Assembly: GCA_013265495.1 (NCBI GenBank)
Contig: MU058217.1
Span: 1-64,000 of the forward strand
Origin: Vicugna vicugna
Lineage: Eukaryota
Reading direction: 5' to 3'
Length of the DNA: 64,000 bases
The notes beneath the pieces were generated by a model. It saw only the letters and a program-made list of their open reading frames with translations. It did not search any database and was not told the DNA's origin. Below are positions 1-30,727 of the stretch, piece by piece (the stretch's first letter is position 1; each line of letters opens with the position of its first letter). Made by a program: the position numbers and the translations under genes.

Positions 1-18491
<18,491 letters not shown>

Positions 18492-18578
18492 TTCACTCTA
18501 AACGCTGAAAAGTGACCAAAGAAATGCGCAAAATGTGAAGTTCTTTGTCACTGTCACATGTCACTGTAATGTCAAGAA

Positions 18579-18584
18579 AATAAA
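18579..18584 (+). terminator. MYH4: MYH4 polyadenylation signal (AATAAA)
   Basis: AATAAA ~88 nt after the TAA stop, in a short 3'UTR typical of fast MYH genes. Confidence 0.85.
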
Positions 18585-18654
18585 TCTGCAGAGAATTTTG
18601 CAATCTAAAATTACATGTCTCTTACTTACAAGGTCTACAATGCTATTAGAACCA

Positions 18655-19400
18655 ATGTGTTTATTCAGCATTTGTTATGCTCCTACTGTGTGCAGTCGAG
18701 ACGATGACAAAAAATGAATGTAGTTAGTGAACCAACTTTAATAGAAGGCAAATGCAATGAAGTGCTTCAAGAGGACGCAAAGGTAGTTAATGTATCCTCA
18801 ATTCCATTCAACCAATTTTACTGAGTACCAAGAATATGTCTGTAGAGAAATGGGCACCAAGGATATGACAATCATCCCTGCTCTGAGCTCAAGCCAGCAT
18901 GAGAGGCAGCAATTCAAACAGATTTTAGTACAACATGCAGACTCATAGAAGTATGAAAGTAAATGTGGCCATAACAGTGAGGTGCTAACCTGGGGAATCC
19001 AGGAAGGCTTCTCAAAGGAGACTGACTTAGCTCCTAAAAGATGAGGAGATAGTTATGATACGGAAGAGAAGAGGAGAAGGTCATTCTAAGAAGAGAAAAC
19101 AGGCATGAGATTTCAGAGTAGTTTAAGCACAGCTCCATGAGCAAAGGGCATCAGATAAGGCCAGAGACGGAAGTTAAGACCTGACCGTGAAGGGTCAGTC
19201 ATATGCAGCACTAAGGAATTAGAACATGCATCAAACTGGTCAAAATTCACAAGGAGGAGAGTTGACACAGTTCGGGCAGTAGTGGGGAGGATGGAGTAAG
19301 ATAGGAAAGATCAGAGCCTGGGAAGACTCTGAAGGCCTTAAGAATGATCCAAATTAGAGATGACAGTGATAGAAATGAAGGAGAATACAGAGTGAAAGTA
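18655..19400 (-). mobile_element. L2 LINE fragments downstream of MYH4
   Basis: ttattcagcatttgttatgctcctactgtgtgc and cattcaaccaattttactgagtacc...ccctgctctgagctc...ggaaggcttctc resemble the reverse complement of the L2 3' end. Confidence 0.6.
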
Positions 19401-21504
19401 GGGTTCCACTACTGGCATAAAGAAAGGCCTGGGAGAGCACTGAGGGAGTTAGAGTTTCACAGCATTCAAACCTCCCAATTACTCTGCAGTTACAGATTTT
19501 ATTTCCTTCTCAAGGAAATTCTTTTCCTCTGAACTACCTACCTTTCTAAGAAAAAGGATAGAACTTTTTAGATTAATCTTCCCATTGACCTAATATCTAC
19601 ATACAATTCTGCTTACCAAGGAACCTTAGTTTTCTCAGTTCCATACATATTTTAATGAAGAACCAGAAAAATAATTTATACCTTATCTTCTTAATATCAA
19701 AAGAATGTGACTGAAATTTTATCATAGCCATTGCCAGAGTGGGTGTTTTTTTTTTTTAATACTTTTTGGCTTCATTGTGCAGACATTTAAAAACTAAGTT
19801 GGCAGAATACTAATTTATTCTTTCACAGTGCTATCCCTTTCTAATGAGGAGGCTGCTTTGGGGAATCTCCTTCTCCAGCGTGGGAATCCTAATCAGTAAT
19901 AAGAAGCCTACTTCATGAGAAGAGAATTTAAAAGGGGTAGAAAATAATTATAAAGAATATTTCACCTATGCCATGAAGAAGACTAATGAAATGTCCTGCC
20001 TAAAGCAGGCATTTATTATCAAATTTTAATTAAACTCTGTAGAGTTAACCTACTGACCTCAAAAGCACTGGGCAATTGCCTTATTATTCTGTCTGCTAAC
20101 TATTTAAATAACTGCTTACATAGAGAGTTGAGAGTAGATTTCATTATCTAGAGGTCAATTACTCTGGGGTCCCTGATTAAAGCAGCAAGGATTTAGAGTC
20201 AGATATGCTGGTTAATATTCTTCTTCATCTTCCTCACAGATTAAGAGATTACAGACTTATTTCCTTATCTCTTATAGCAAAATGTCACATGATGATCTAT
20301 ACTAATAATACTCTTTGGTATTTTCTTGAATTGATATGAGGGATCATTGAGATTTGGGGACTGTTTCTAATCTACTGATGCTGGATAAAAGAACTCAAAC
20401 AGGATGTGTGCAAGCAGAAAGCTGGAGGCTGGCTTCAGGAACAACTTTAAACCAGGAAAAACAGAGGTAGTGTAAGTCTGACTCCTTCCTGACACGTAGC
20501 ACTTAGACTTACTGTGATGGAAAGAAATTGAGACTAGAAGAAGACTGTGAAATGTTACAAAGGGCAAGGCACTTTTTCTCTAACATATAGATAAACCTAT
20601 TTAAAATGTATACATAGGGAACTAGGCAGAGATGACCATGCCCTAGTGCTTTTGGTATCAAGCCAGGCTCCATGACACTAATAAAATCTCCTAGGAATTT
20701 GTACCAAGGCCAGTTTCTTTATGTTCTGAGGACTTAAATACCATGGTTACTGAAAGCAAAATCTGGGACCACTGACAAACTGATACTTTGAAATACCATG
20801 AATCTTTTCCCCTCAACTCAATTCATAAGTGTTCAGATAACCAACACACATCAAGAACAGAAGAAATCTCAGGATCCTTCCACTCCAAAACATTTCCTCC
20901 CCTTCTATCAATCTTATATATGAATATCCTATTAGAGATTGAATACTTGGAATCTTGGAGGATTCTCACTTTAATCTCTTATTAAACTGAAAATATACTA
21001 ATTTCAACTAATATCCTCCCTAGAATTATTGGCTAACCAACTAAGAAAGTATCTGAAGAAAGAGGTCTCTTGAGATGGGTCTGAAGAAAGACACATGTAT
21101 ATGTATACATGTATCAAAGCATTCCATTGTACACCCAAAACTAATATATTATGTGTCATATCTCAATTAAAAAAATTTATGAACTTTGCACAATCTAACT
21201 CAGATCCCTGAATTAAAGACCCACCTTTAACCATACCACAAAACACCATAAATATCCATCCATAGGTGGTTTCCTCCCATATTACAATAAGTAATAAATT
21301 CAACTTCATGAAGGAAGGGAGGGAGGGAAGGAGGGAGAGAGGAAGGTAATATACCTGTACTATAATGGTCAATACAGCACAAAGGAGCTGTATGGGAGCA
21401 AAGCTATATTGGGCTAAGGAAATGACTACACATAGTACAGTAATAATTATAACAACGTGTTACTGGATTTGTAACATTAAAAGATGTAAATATATAATAA
21501 TGTA

Positions 21505-23105
21505 CAATAGACAACAGGAAAAAATAAATAAAACTAAGAGCTGGCTCTTTGTAAAGATAAATAAAATTGACAAATTTTAGCTAGACTCAATAAGAAAAAA
21601 AGAGAGAACACTCTTTGATAAATAAAACCAGAAATGAAAGAAGAGGAATAACAATGGATACCACAGAAATACAAAGGATTAGAAGACAATATTATGAACA
21701 GCTATACACCAACAAATAGGACAACCTAGAAGAAATGGATAAACTCTTAAGACTCATACAACCTTCCAAGACTGAATCATGAAAAAAACAGAAAATCTGA
21801 ATAGACCAATCACTAGTAAGCAGATTGAAAGAGTAACTAACAACCTCCCAAAAAACAAAAGTCAAGGACCAGATGACTTTGTGAATTATACCAAAAATTC
21901 AAAGATTTAATATCCATGTCTCCTCAAGCAAGGGAAACAAAAGTAAAAACAAATAAATGGAACTACACCAAACTGTAAAGCCTCCTCACTGCAAAGGAAA
22001 CTACTCATAAAACAAAAAGACAACCTACCAAATGGGAGATGATATTTACAAATCATGTATACATCAATAGGCTAATATCAAAAATACATAATGAATTCAT
22101 ACAACAGTGAAAAATAAACTGATTAAAAAATAGGCAGAGGAGTCAACTAGACATTTTTCCAGAGAAGACATACAGACGGCCAACAGGCACATGATATGTT
22201 CAACATCACTAACTGTTAGGGAAATGCAAATCAAAACCACAATGAGACATCACCTCAAGCCTGTTAGAATGGCTATTATCAAAAAGGCAAGATATAACAA
22301 AGGTTGGTGAAGATGTGGAGAAAAGGAAACCCTCAAACACTGTTGATGGGAATGTAAATTGGTGTAGCCACTAAGGAAAACAGTATGGAGATTCCTCAAA
22401 AAATTAAGAATAGAACTACCATATGATCCAGCTATCTCACTTCTGGGTATTTATCTAGAGAACATAAAAACACCAATTCAAAAAGACATGTAAAAACCTT
22501 TTATGAAAAAGAATATGAAAACGAATATATGTATGTATATACATGACTAGGACATTGCTGTACACCAGAAACTGACATATTGTAACTGACGGTATTTCAA
22601 TAAAAAATAAATAAATATTTTTAAAAAGACATATGCACTCCTTCATTCATCACAGCTTTGTTGACAACAGCCAAGACATGAAAAGAAATTAAGCACCCAC
22701 TGATGGATGAATGGATAAAGAAGATGTGGTATATAAAGAGAGGAATACTACTCAGCCATAAAAAGGTGAAATTTTCCCATATACAATAAAATGGATGGAC
22801 CTTGAGGTTACTATGCTATGTGAAATAAGTCAGGTGAACAAAGACAAATACTGTATGATTTCACTCATATGTGGAATAAAAACAAAACAAAACAAATAAA
22901 AGCAAACACACAGATACAAAGAGAGCAGCATAGTGATTACCAGAGGTGAAGGGGGTAGGGAAAGGGCAAGATGGGTAAAGGGAGTCAACTGTGTGGTGAC
23001 CAGACAGAAACTAAACCTTTGATGGTAAGCACACTAATGCATACAGAAGTTGAAATGTAATATTGTACACATAAAACTTACATATTGTTATCATCCAATA
23101 AAAAA
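21505..23105 (+). mobile_element. LINE-1 (L1MA-age): ORF2 remnant with a large internal deletion, plus 3'UTR
   Basis: ORF2-like text (KTKSWLFVKINKIDK; gacaacctagaagaaatggataaa; ggaccagatg) jumps at ~21915 to C-terminal ORF2 (aaaagacaacctaccaaatgggag; caacatcactaactgttagggaaatgcaaatcaaaaccacaatgaga), then a 3'UTR ending caataaaaaag. Confidence 0.85.
22490..22622 (+). mobile_element. Very short 5'-truncated young L1 3' end nested in an older L1
   Basis: L1 tail (gaatatatgtatgtatatacatgact...gtacaccagaaactgac...caataaaaaataaataaat) flanked by the direct repeat aaaaagacat at 22480-22489 and 22623-22632. Confidence 0.8.
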
Positions 23106-23600
23106 GCAAACAATCCAATAAAAACAGTCAAAAGACCTTCACAGACACTTTCAAAAAGAAGATATGTGAAGGTCCAATAACCAAATTAAAAGATGCTCAG
23201 TACCATTGGTCTAGAGGATGCAGATTAAAACCATAAGAAGTTTCCACTACACATCCATAAGAATGGCTGAAAATATAAGGACTGACCATGACAAATGTTG
23301 GCAAAGATGTTGGGCAACTACATCTCTCATATATTACTAGTGAGGATGTAAAATGGTTTGATCACTTTTTAATTATATGGCCATTTCTTATAAATTAAAT
23401 ATGTACCTATACACCTTTTGATACAGCTATTCCACTCCATGAGATTTAATCAAAGGAAATAAAACATACATCCACATAAGATAAGAATATCCACAGGCAA
23501 GAGAATAGATGAACAAAATACAGTATAACCTCACAATGGAATACCAATAAAAAGAAATGAACTACATGGAACACAGACAAATCAAAACAAAATTCCTCTT
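23106..23600 (+). mobile_element. Older L1 (L1MC/ME-like) ORF2 C-terminal/3' fragment
   Basis: caaacaatccaataaaaa...cagacactttcaaaaagaagata...aaaagatgctcag...gcagattaaaacca...aaatgttggcaaagatgt. Confidence 0.65.
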
Positions 23601-24466
23601 TGGCATGAGTCTTATGAAAGGAGAGCTGTTGTTTCCTTTGGTTGAAGATGAGATGATTACAGAGTTTCATATTAGAAAAGGGAGAGATGCCTTAAGTGAC
23701 TGAAGTTCCTCTGTTTTTCCTCACTGGAGAGAGAAAACAGATAAATTCTTAGGGCAAAGAAAATCTTGAGAATTGTAAGCTAATTTTTGGCAAGGACTCT
23801 CAGAGCAGAAGGATCATTAGATACAGTGACTTAATGCTGGTTCTGGGCTTAACTGTAAGCAGATACCAATGAGAAGAGCAAGAGCAAGGGATATGAGCAA
23901 GACCTTGGAAGAGCTTTTACTCCAAAAGAAACGAGTTGTCACAAAAGAATTGTGTAAGAGCTATCTGCATTGGAGAAGGGTTGTAATATATTAATAAATA
24001 AGCTTCAACAAAATATATCTCACAGTTTAGTTTTCTTATATATTGCCCATTAAAACTCTTTACTGTTTATTATTATTTTAAATAAAGGTTTCCATTTCCA
24101 TGGTTACATCTCAAAGAAAACAAGTGGAAAATACATTATGTTGATCCAAGCTCAGATTAAAGTGAGGGTTAGGTTTCAACCACTTACCCCATAACCAGAG
24201 CACCACCATAACAGGTGGCCAGTTAATTAACTACAGATAAAGTAACTGAAAGGACATTTGTTTCTAAAGTTTTGCTATTAGAGGAAATGCTAAATGCACA
24301 GCCTTGGCATTCCTGTCCTGCTGTGCTTAGGAAAGAGAATAGGAAGGGAAAGTATTGCAATTTTAAATTTCAAAAAATGTAACAAATGGCCCTGAAATTT
24401 TACACCCTTATCCACAGCATATAAGAGCATCCATTCCTCACCACCAGCATTCGCTACTATCTATTT

Positions 24467-24953
24467 TGATGACATATTTAAGCTCATTTAAAAATCAAAA
24501 TGGAGTAACTATGGTTCAGGCATCCACAATGGAGCTAGGTGGGCACTGAGGATGTGGTTTCAGACACATTTCTGCATCACTGAGAACGTGAGTTTTGTCT
24601 GAGCTGTATCAGCCTCAAGCACACCACCAGCTGTTTTCACAACAATATTTGCTAGCAGCTGCTAGCTACAATCTTATTACAGTTTCAAAATACACCCCCA
24701 TGTAACAATCAGACCCCAAACAATCCTAGCTTAACAAGCACCCTTACTTCTTACCAGTTTCAATTCTAATTCTTAACAATTTATGCAACCTTGCAGGGTT
24801 TTAGCCTCTACAAGCCTCGCCCATATTGTAGTCCAGCGTTACACAGTTCAAGTGCTTCTTGAATCTGTCTCTCCTGGGGTATGGTCCTAACAAATCCCAA
24901 ATAAAGACTTCTTTATTTCAATCAGATCTCCATCTCTGAAATTTTGGCTAACA
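24467..24953 (+). mobile_element. Probable ERV1-class (MER4-group-like) solo LTR inserted in an old antisense L1
   Basis: Begins TG and ends ...ttggctaaCA; aaaatggagtaact near the start; AATAAA 24900-24905 after ggtcctaacaaatccc. Antisense L1 text resumes on both sides. TSD imperfect (attt/gttt). Confidence 0.55.
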
Positions 24954-25440
24954 GTTTTTGGTTGGGGTTTTGTTCACCCTGATGGGTGAAATGTACTGGC
25001 TATTATTTGATCTTGCACCTCCTGAAGTTGCGTATATTTTCAAGTTTATGGCCATGTGTATTACCTCTTCCATGAATTGTCTATTTATATCTATTGGCTA
25101 TTTTTTCTATTTGCTTGTATCTCCCTTTCTTCATGATTTTTAAAGTTTTGCTTTGTTTCAATGCTTAAGACTTCAATTAATACATAACTTATTTTTTAAA
25201 ATGTTGTCCAGCAAGAGCCTAATTTAATTTTTTTAAGTAAGTCTCAACTCCATTCAACGAATAGTCCTTTCTTTCCTCTCAGTGATTTGAAATGACACCT
25301 TTTCATATACTAAATTTCCACACATGCAAAAGCCTGTTTTTGGACTATATTATGTTCTATTGACCTACTTGTCTTCACTTACACTAATTGCACATTGTTT
25401 TAATCACCATATTTCTAAAACATGTTTGATGTCATATAGG
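24954..25440 (-). mobile_element. Ancient antisense L1 fragment (continuation of ~24270-24466)
   Basis: ttatggccatgtgtattacctcttccatgaattgtctatttatatc; tttgaaatgacaccttttcatatactaaatttcc; tgcacattgttttaatcacc. Confidence 0.6.
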
Positions 25441-25967
25441 GTGGCTTATTACTTCATTGTCTGGTAAAAGTTTATTATTCCTGGAAACTTGAGCTCTTTT
25501 ACTATGAACTCTAATACTGCAATTCTCTATCCTTTGTCTATTACTTCCAAGTCTCTTCTCTTTCCACTGAGAAACATTACCCTAATCTCAGGAAATTCAG
25601 TTTATTTTTAGTTGTCTTGGGGTAGAATAAATTTAAATGATTCCTAAACATCTAAAATTATTTGTTTCACCAGCAGCATGCACAGTCAAGTCTATGATCT
25701 AAATGCCTCTTGATTGTAATCCCCTCTTTTTTTTCCAAGAGCTACTGGCTTAGTTTAGGTTCTCAACTCTTTCCTAAAATAGCACAACAACTGCTTAAGT
25801 GAGTTCTTTAATCTCTGTTGCACTCCTCCAACCCATCTTCCATGCTGCTACCATAACTGTGTTTAAAATGCAAATCTTACGTCAGTACCTTGTTTAAAAG
25901 ACTCCAGTGACATCCCATGACTCACAGTGACAGAGCCCTATCTCTTACAAGATTTTAAATGGAGTGG

Positions 25968-26155
25968 TAATAGGTATTTATTTATTAAATACCTTCTACA
26001 TTGCCAGATAATATGCTAGACGCTTTACATATATTACTCACTGAGTAGACAGATTAATCCTGTGAGGTTGGGGGAATTTTTACTACTTTCCATTAACAGA
26101 TTAACGAACTGAGGCTAACAGAGGTTAGGGGACTTGCCTAAAATCATACAAAATA
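25968..26155 (-). mobile_element. MIR SINE
   Basis: atttattaaataccttctacattgccag...gctttacatatatta...aatcctgtgagg...aactgaggctaacagaggttaggggacttgcctaa. Confidence 0.75.
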
Positions 26156-27282
26156 ACCTCTACTAGTTAGATTGATATTTAAAGCATTGTGCACACCATA
26201 AAATACATGCCAGCCAGTTTGTTGCCTCTAAAACTTTACCTATTAAAAGAAGTTCTCACAATGGATTTTTGAAGTAGCTATTTGTTTTTCAAAAGTTAAA
26301 TATAAAATAACATAACTCAGAAAGGTTGAAAATAAAAGTATGGGAAAGGTAACCCATATATATGCTACCAAAAAGTAAAAGCAAATACAATATAGCAAAA
26401 TACTAGCAAAAAAAGAAATTTAAGCAAAACAGTACTAAAAGCAGCAGGGATAGTTCATATTTTATTTTTAAAAGATACAATCTACCAGAAAGATAAAAAA
26501 AAAGTGGAAGACACTGTACTAAGGGGAATGGAAATGATCATAAATTTCTACAAAGATAGTTAGCAACTATCTTTGAATTACAGAAACAAAAAAATCTGAA
26601 AATCTGAGAATAAGAGTGTAGGATTTTTAACTTATACTTACTAGAAAAATTGCAGATCAAGTAGACAAAACTAGAAACACAGATGACTTGAAAACCACAA
26701 ATAATAAGCTGAATTGTAAAGATAAACAAAACTTTGTAATTAACAATGAGAGAACATAAATCTTTTTCAAACTAATATATGCGTTGTCAATGGAGGTGAT
26801 ATCACTTCTTAGGAAGTGAAAATTAGTTCTCAGGGAAGCAAAAAAAATCTAAGGTATTACAATCTTTGTGCCTCCTGCCCCAGCAAAAAAAAAGCTCACC
26901 CCATCTAAAACAAAAATCTTATTGCTTATTTTCTTTTGTTATGAAGAAATTAACTTAAATTTAAATGTATTTAAGTAAGATATTGCTTAATATTCATATC
27001 TTAAAGAGAAATTAAACTTAATTTCATTTAATTAATTTTTCTCTTCAGCGGTCTTTTAAAAAAGGTTAAAAACACTATGTAAAACATTCACAAAAATTGA
27101 GTCATGTAGGGGGAGAAAGATATATATCTATGCTTGCTTATAACATACATAAAATACCTCTTAAGGGCACACAAAAATCTGATAACTGTTGTTGACTCTG
27201 GGGAGGAAAACCAAATAGCTTTCTCACACTAAATAGTTTCAATTTTAAAATAAGAAAAATCATTAAAGATCTTCAGCAAAGG

Positions 27283-28590
27283 CTAGAACACTCTCTTACA
27301 CCATACACAGAAATAAACTCAAAATAGATCAAAGACTTAAACATAGGACAAGATACAAAAACCTCCTAGAAGAAAACATAGGCAAAACATTATCTCACAT
27401 ACATCTCAGCAATGTTCTCCTATGGCAGTCTACCCAAGCAGCAGAAATAAAAGCAGGAATAAACAAATGGGACCTAACTAAACTGACAAGCTTTTGCACA
27501 GCAAAGGAAATCATAAGCAAAACAAAACGACAACCTACAGAATGGGAGAAAATTTTTGCAAAAGATGAAACTGACAAAGGCTTGATCTTCAGAATATATA
27601 AGTGACTTAGTAAGGAAAAAATAAACAACCCAATCCAAAAATGGGCAGAAGACCTAAACAAGAAATTCTCCAATGAAGACATATGAATGATCAATAGGCA
27701 CATGAAAAAATGCTCAATATCACTAATTATCAGAGAAATGTAAATCAAAACTACAAAGAGGTATCACCTCACACCAGTCAGAGTGGCCATCATTCAAAAG
27801 TCCAGAAGTGATAAATGCTGGAGAGGCTGTGGAGAAAGGGAACCATCCTACACTGCTGGTGGGAATGCAACTTAGTGCAGCCACTGTGGAAAACAGTATG
27901 GAGATTCCTCAAACTAGGAATAGACTTACCATATGACGCAGTAATCCTCCTCCTGGGCATATATCCAGAAGGAATCCATCTTCAAAAAGACACCTGCACC
28001 CCAATGTTCATAGCAGCACTATTTACAATAGCCAAGAGATGGAAACAACTTAAATGTCCACCAACAGATGACTGGATAAAGAAGATGTGGTACATTTATA
28101 CAATGGAATACTATTCAGCCATAAAAAACAAAATAACGCCATTTGCAGCAACATGGATGTCCCTAGAGAATGTCATTCTAAGTGAAGTAAGCCAGAAAGA
28201 GAAAGAAAAATACCATGAGATTGCTCATATGCATAATCAAAAAGAACAGAACAGAACAGAACAGAACAGAACAAATGAACATAACTACAAAACAGAAACA
28301 GACTCATAGATATAGAACACAAACTTGTGGTTGCCAGGGGGGCAGAGGGTGGGAAGGGACAGACTGGGAGTTTGAAATTTGTAGATACTGACAGGTATCT
28401 ATAGAATACATAAACAAGATTATACTGTATAGCACAGGAAATATATACAAGATCTATGGTAGCTCACAGTGAAAAAGAAAGTGACAATGAATACATGTAT
28501 ATTAAGGTATAACTGAAAAATTGTGCTCTACACTGGAAATTGACACAACATTGTAAACCAACTATAACTCAATAAAATAAAATTTTCAAA
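27283..28590 (+). mobile_element. Young lineage-specific LINE-1, 5'-truncated (~1.3 kb), with 18-bp TSD
   Basis: ORF2 C-terminus in the ORF track ([21 protein letters not shown]...[22 protein letters not shown]...[18 protein letters not shown]); 3'UTR and A-rich tail. TSD aaagat(c/t)ttcagcaaagg at 27265-27282 and 28591-28608 (17/18 match), at a TT|AAAG endonuclease-type site. Confidence 0.92.
28243..28272. repeat. (AGAAC)6 pentanucleotide microsatellite inside the L1 3' region
   Basis: Six perfect AGAAC units. Confidence 0.9.
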
Positions 28591-28608
28591 AAAGATTTTC
28601 AGCAAAGG

Positions 28609-30085
28609 TACTAAGGTAATTTAGTAGGGAAAGGACAGTCTTTCTACAATTGGGATTGAAACATAATGGATAGCCATATGTAAAAGTAAATAAACCTAAA
28701 CCCTTACTTCACAGCAGACAAAAATTAACTTGACTGGGATTTCAAAATTGTAGAACAGATAAACAAGATTACACTGTATAGCACAGGGAAATATACACAA
28801 AATGTTATGATAACTCACAGAAAAAAAAATGTGACAATGAATGTGTATATGTCCATGAATGACTGAAAAGTTGTGCTGAACACTGGAATTTGACACAACA
28901 TTGTAAAATGATTATAAATCAATAAAAATGTTTAAAAAAATTAACTTGAAATGGTATATAAACCAAATGTAAGAGCTATAAATATAAAATACATAGAAGA
29001 AAAATGTTTGTGACGTTGTATTAGGAAGTATGTGTGAAATATGACACGAAAAGGATGATCTATAAAATACTGGTAAACTGGACTTCATCAAAATTTAAAA
29101 CTTTTGCTCTTCAAATGGCACAATTAAGAAAATGAAAAGACAAGCCACAGGCTGAAAGAAAGTATCTATTAATCATGTATCTGATAAAAGACTTATATCA
29201 AAACATATCTACATCTATATCTATCTATCTATGTATAAAGACCTCTAACAAATAAAGAAGAAAATGATTCAATTTTTTTTAAAAGGTCTAAAGATTTGGA
29301 TAGACTTTTCACCTAAAGAAAACATGAATGGCAATAAGCACACAAAAAAGTAATCAAAATCATTTATTAAGGAAATACAAATTGAAACCATGGTAAGATA
29401 CCACTCTGTACTCACTAGGATGGTTATAATCAAAAAGGACAATATAAGTGTAGGTGAGAATGTAAAAAAACTGGAACCCTCGTATTATTGGTTGAAATGT
29501 AAAATGTTACAGCCACTGTGGGAAAGAATGGCAGTTTCTTAAGAAGTTGGACATCTGCGATCTAGAATTCAACTCCCAAGAGAAATGAAAACAAATGTCC
29601 ACACAATAATGCGTATGAAATATTATTAACAGCATTATGCATAATAGCCAAACTAAAAATAATTCAAATGTCCATCAACTTGAAGGGATAAACAAAATGG
29701 GGGACCTCTATACAATGGACTCAGTGACAAAAATGAACGAATTACTGATACATGCAACAGCATAGATGAACTCAAAAACATGCTGAGGGAAAGAAGCCAG
29801 ACACAAAAGACTGCACATCGTAGGATTCCATTTATGTGAAATTTCTAGAAAAGGCAAAACTATAGAGACAGAAGTAGATCAGAGGTTGCCTGAAGTCTAG
29901 GTTGGAATGTGAACTCACTGCAAATGGGCACAAGGAACTTTTTGAGCTGGTGATAGTGCTATAAAACCGGACTGTGGTTATGGCTGCAAAGCTGCATTAA
30001 TTTACTAAAATTCACTGAACCGTATACTTAAAATGGATGACTTTTTAAGGTATATAAAACTCTACCCGAATAAAGCTGCTAAAAG
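28609..30085 (+). mobile_element. Older host L1 (L1MB/MC-like), ORF2 end plus 3'UTR, interrupted by the young insertions
   Basis: gggaaaggacagtctttc...ggacttcatcaaaatttaaaacttttgctcttcaaa...gaaagaagccagacacaaaagactgcacatcgtaggattccatttatgtgaaatttctagaaaaggcaaaactatagagacag...aataaagctgctaaaa. Confidence 0.8.
28734..28935 (+). mobile_element. Short young L1 3' end (~200 bp) with perfect 14-bp TSD
   Basis: ctgggatttcaaaattgtagaacagataaacaagattacactgtatagcacaggg...gacacaacattgtaaaatgattataaatcaataaaaatg; TSD aaaaattaacttga at 28720-28733 and 28936-28949. Confidence 0.88.
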
Positions 30086-30685
30086 AGGAGGGGAAGGAGA
30101 AGGAAGAGGAGGAACAACTGACCCCTGTACACAGTCACAAAAGAAATATCCACTATTTCTAGAACAAGATATCAGAAATGACAGTCACCACTAATCTTGC
30201 AAAATATAAAAATTAAAACCTACAGGAAAAAACTGCAAATGACCCCAAATTTTGTACATAGTAGAATTAGCAAATAAATTATATTATCATACAATGTGAT
30301 AGTGTACAATAATGAAAATAAAATAGTTACCTTAATGGAAAGAAAATCTTACAATAATGTTGGACAAAAAAAGAGATATTAAAGAATAAAGGTGTATTCA
30401 CATGAAGCTTAAAAAACAGGTAAAATGTATACATATTATTTATAGATGCATATGAAGATAATAAACTATAAAGAAAAGCAGAAAAAATATTATTATAAAA
30501 ATAAAAAACATAGTTACCTTTAGGAGAGGGAAATCAGAGTATAATGAGAAGGATCATGAGAGATTTACCAGGCAGATAATATTCTGATCTGGATGCAATC
30601 TGAATTGTTTTATTACTTACAGGCACAAACACAAACATAGGCACATACGGTTTCTCATTCCTACTGGACCTACTAGGAAACAAAC

Positions 30686-30727
30686 TGCACACACTCACGC
30701 GCGTGCGCACACACACACATACACACA
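30686..30727. repeat. Mixed (CA)/(CG) purine-pyrimidine tract
   Basis: tgcacacactcacgcgcgtgcgcacacacacacatacacaca. Confidence 0.85.

Noticed and set aside
27815..28309. 164-aa ORF as an independent gene
   Set aside because: It is the L1 ORF2 C-terminus of a 5'-truncated insertion with upstream stops and frameshifts.
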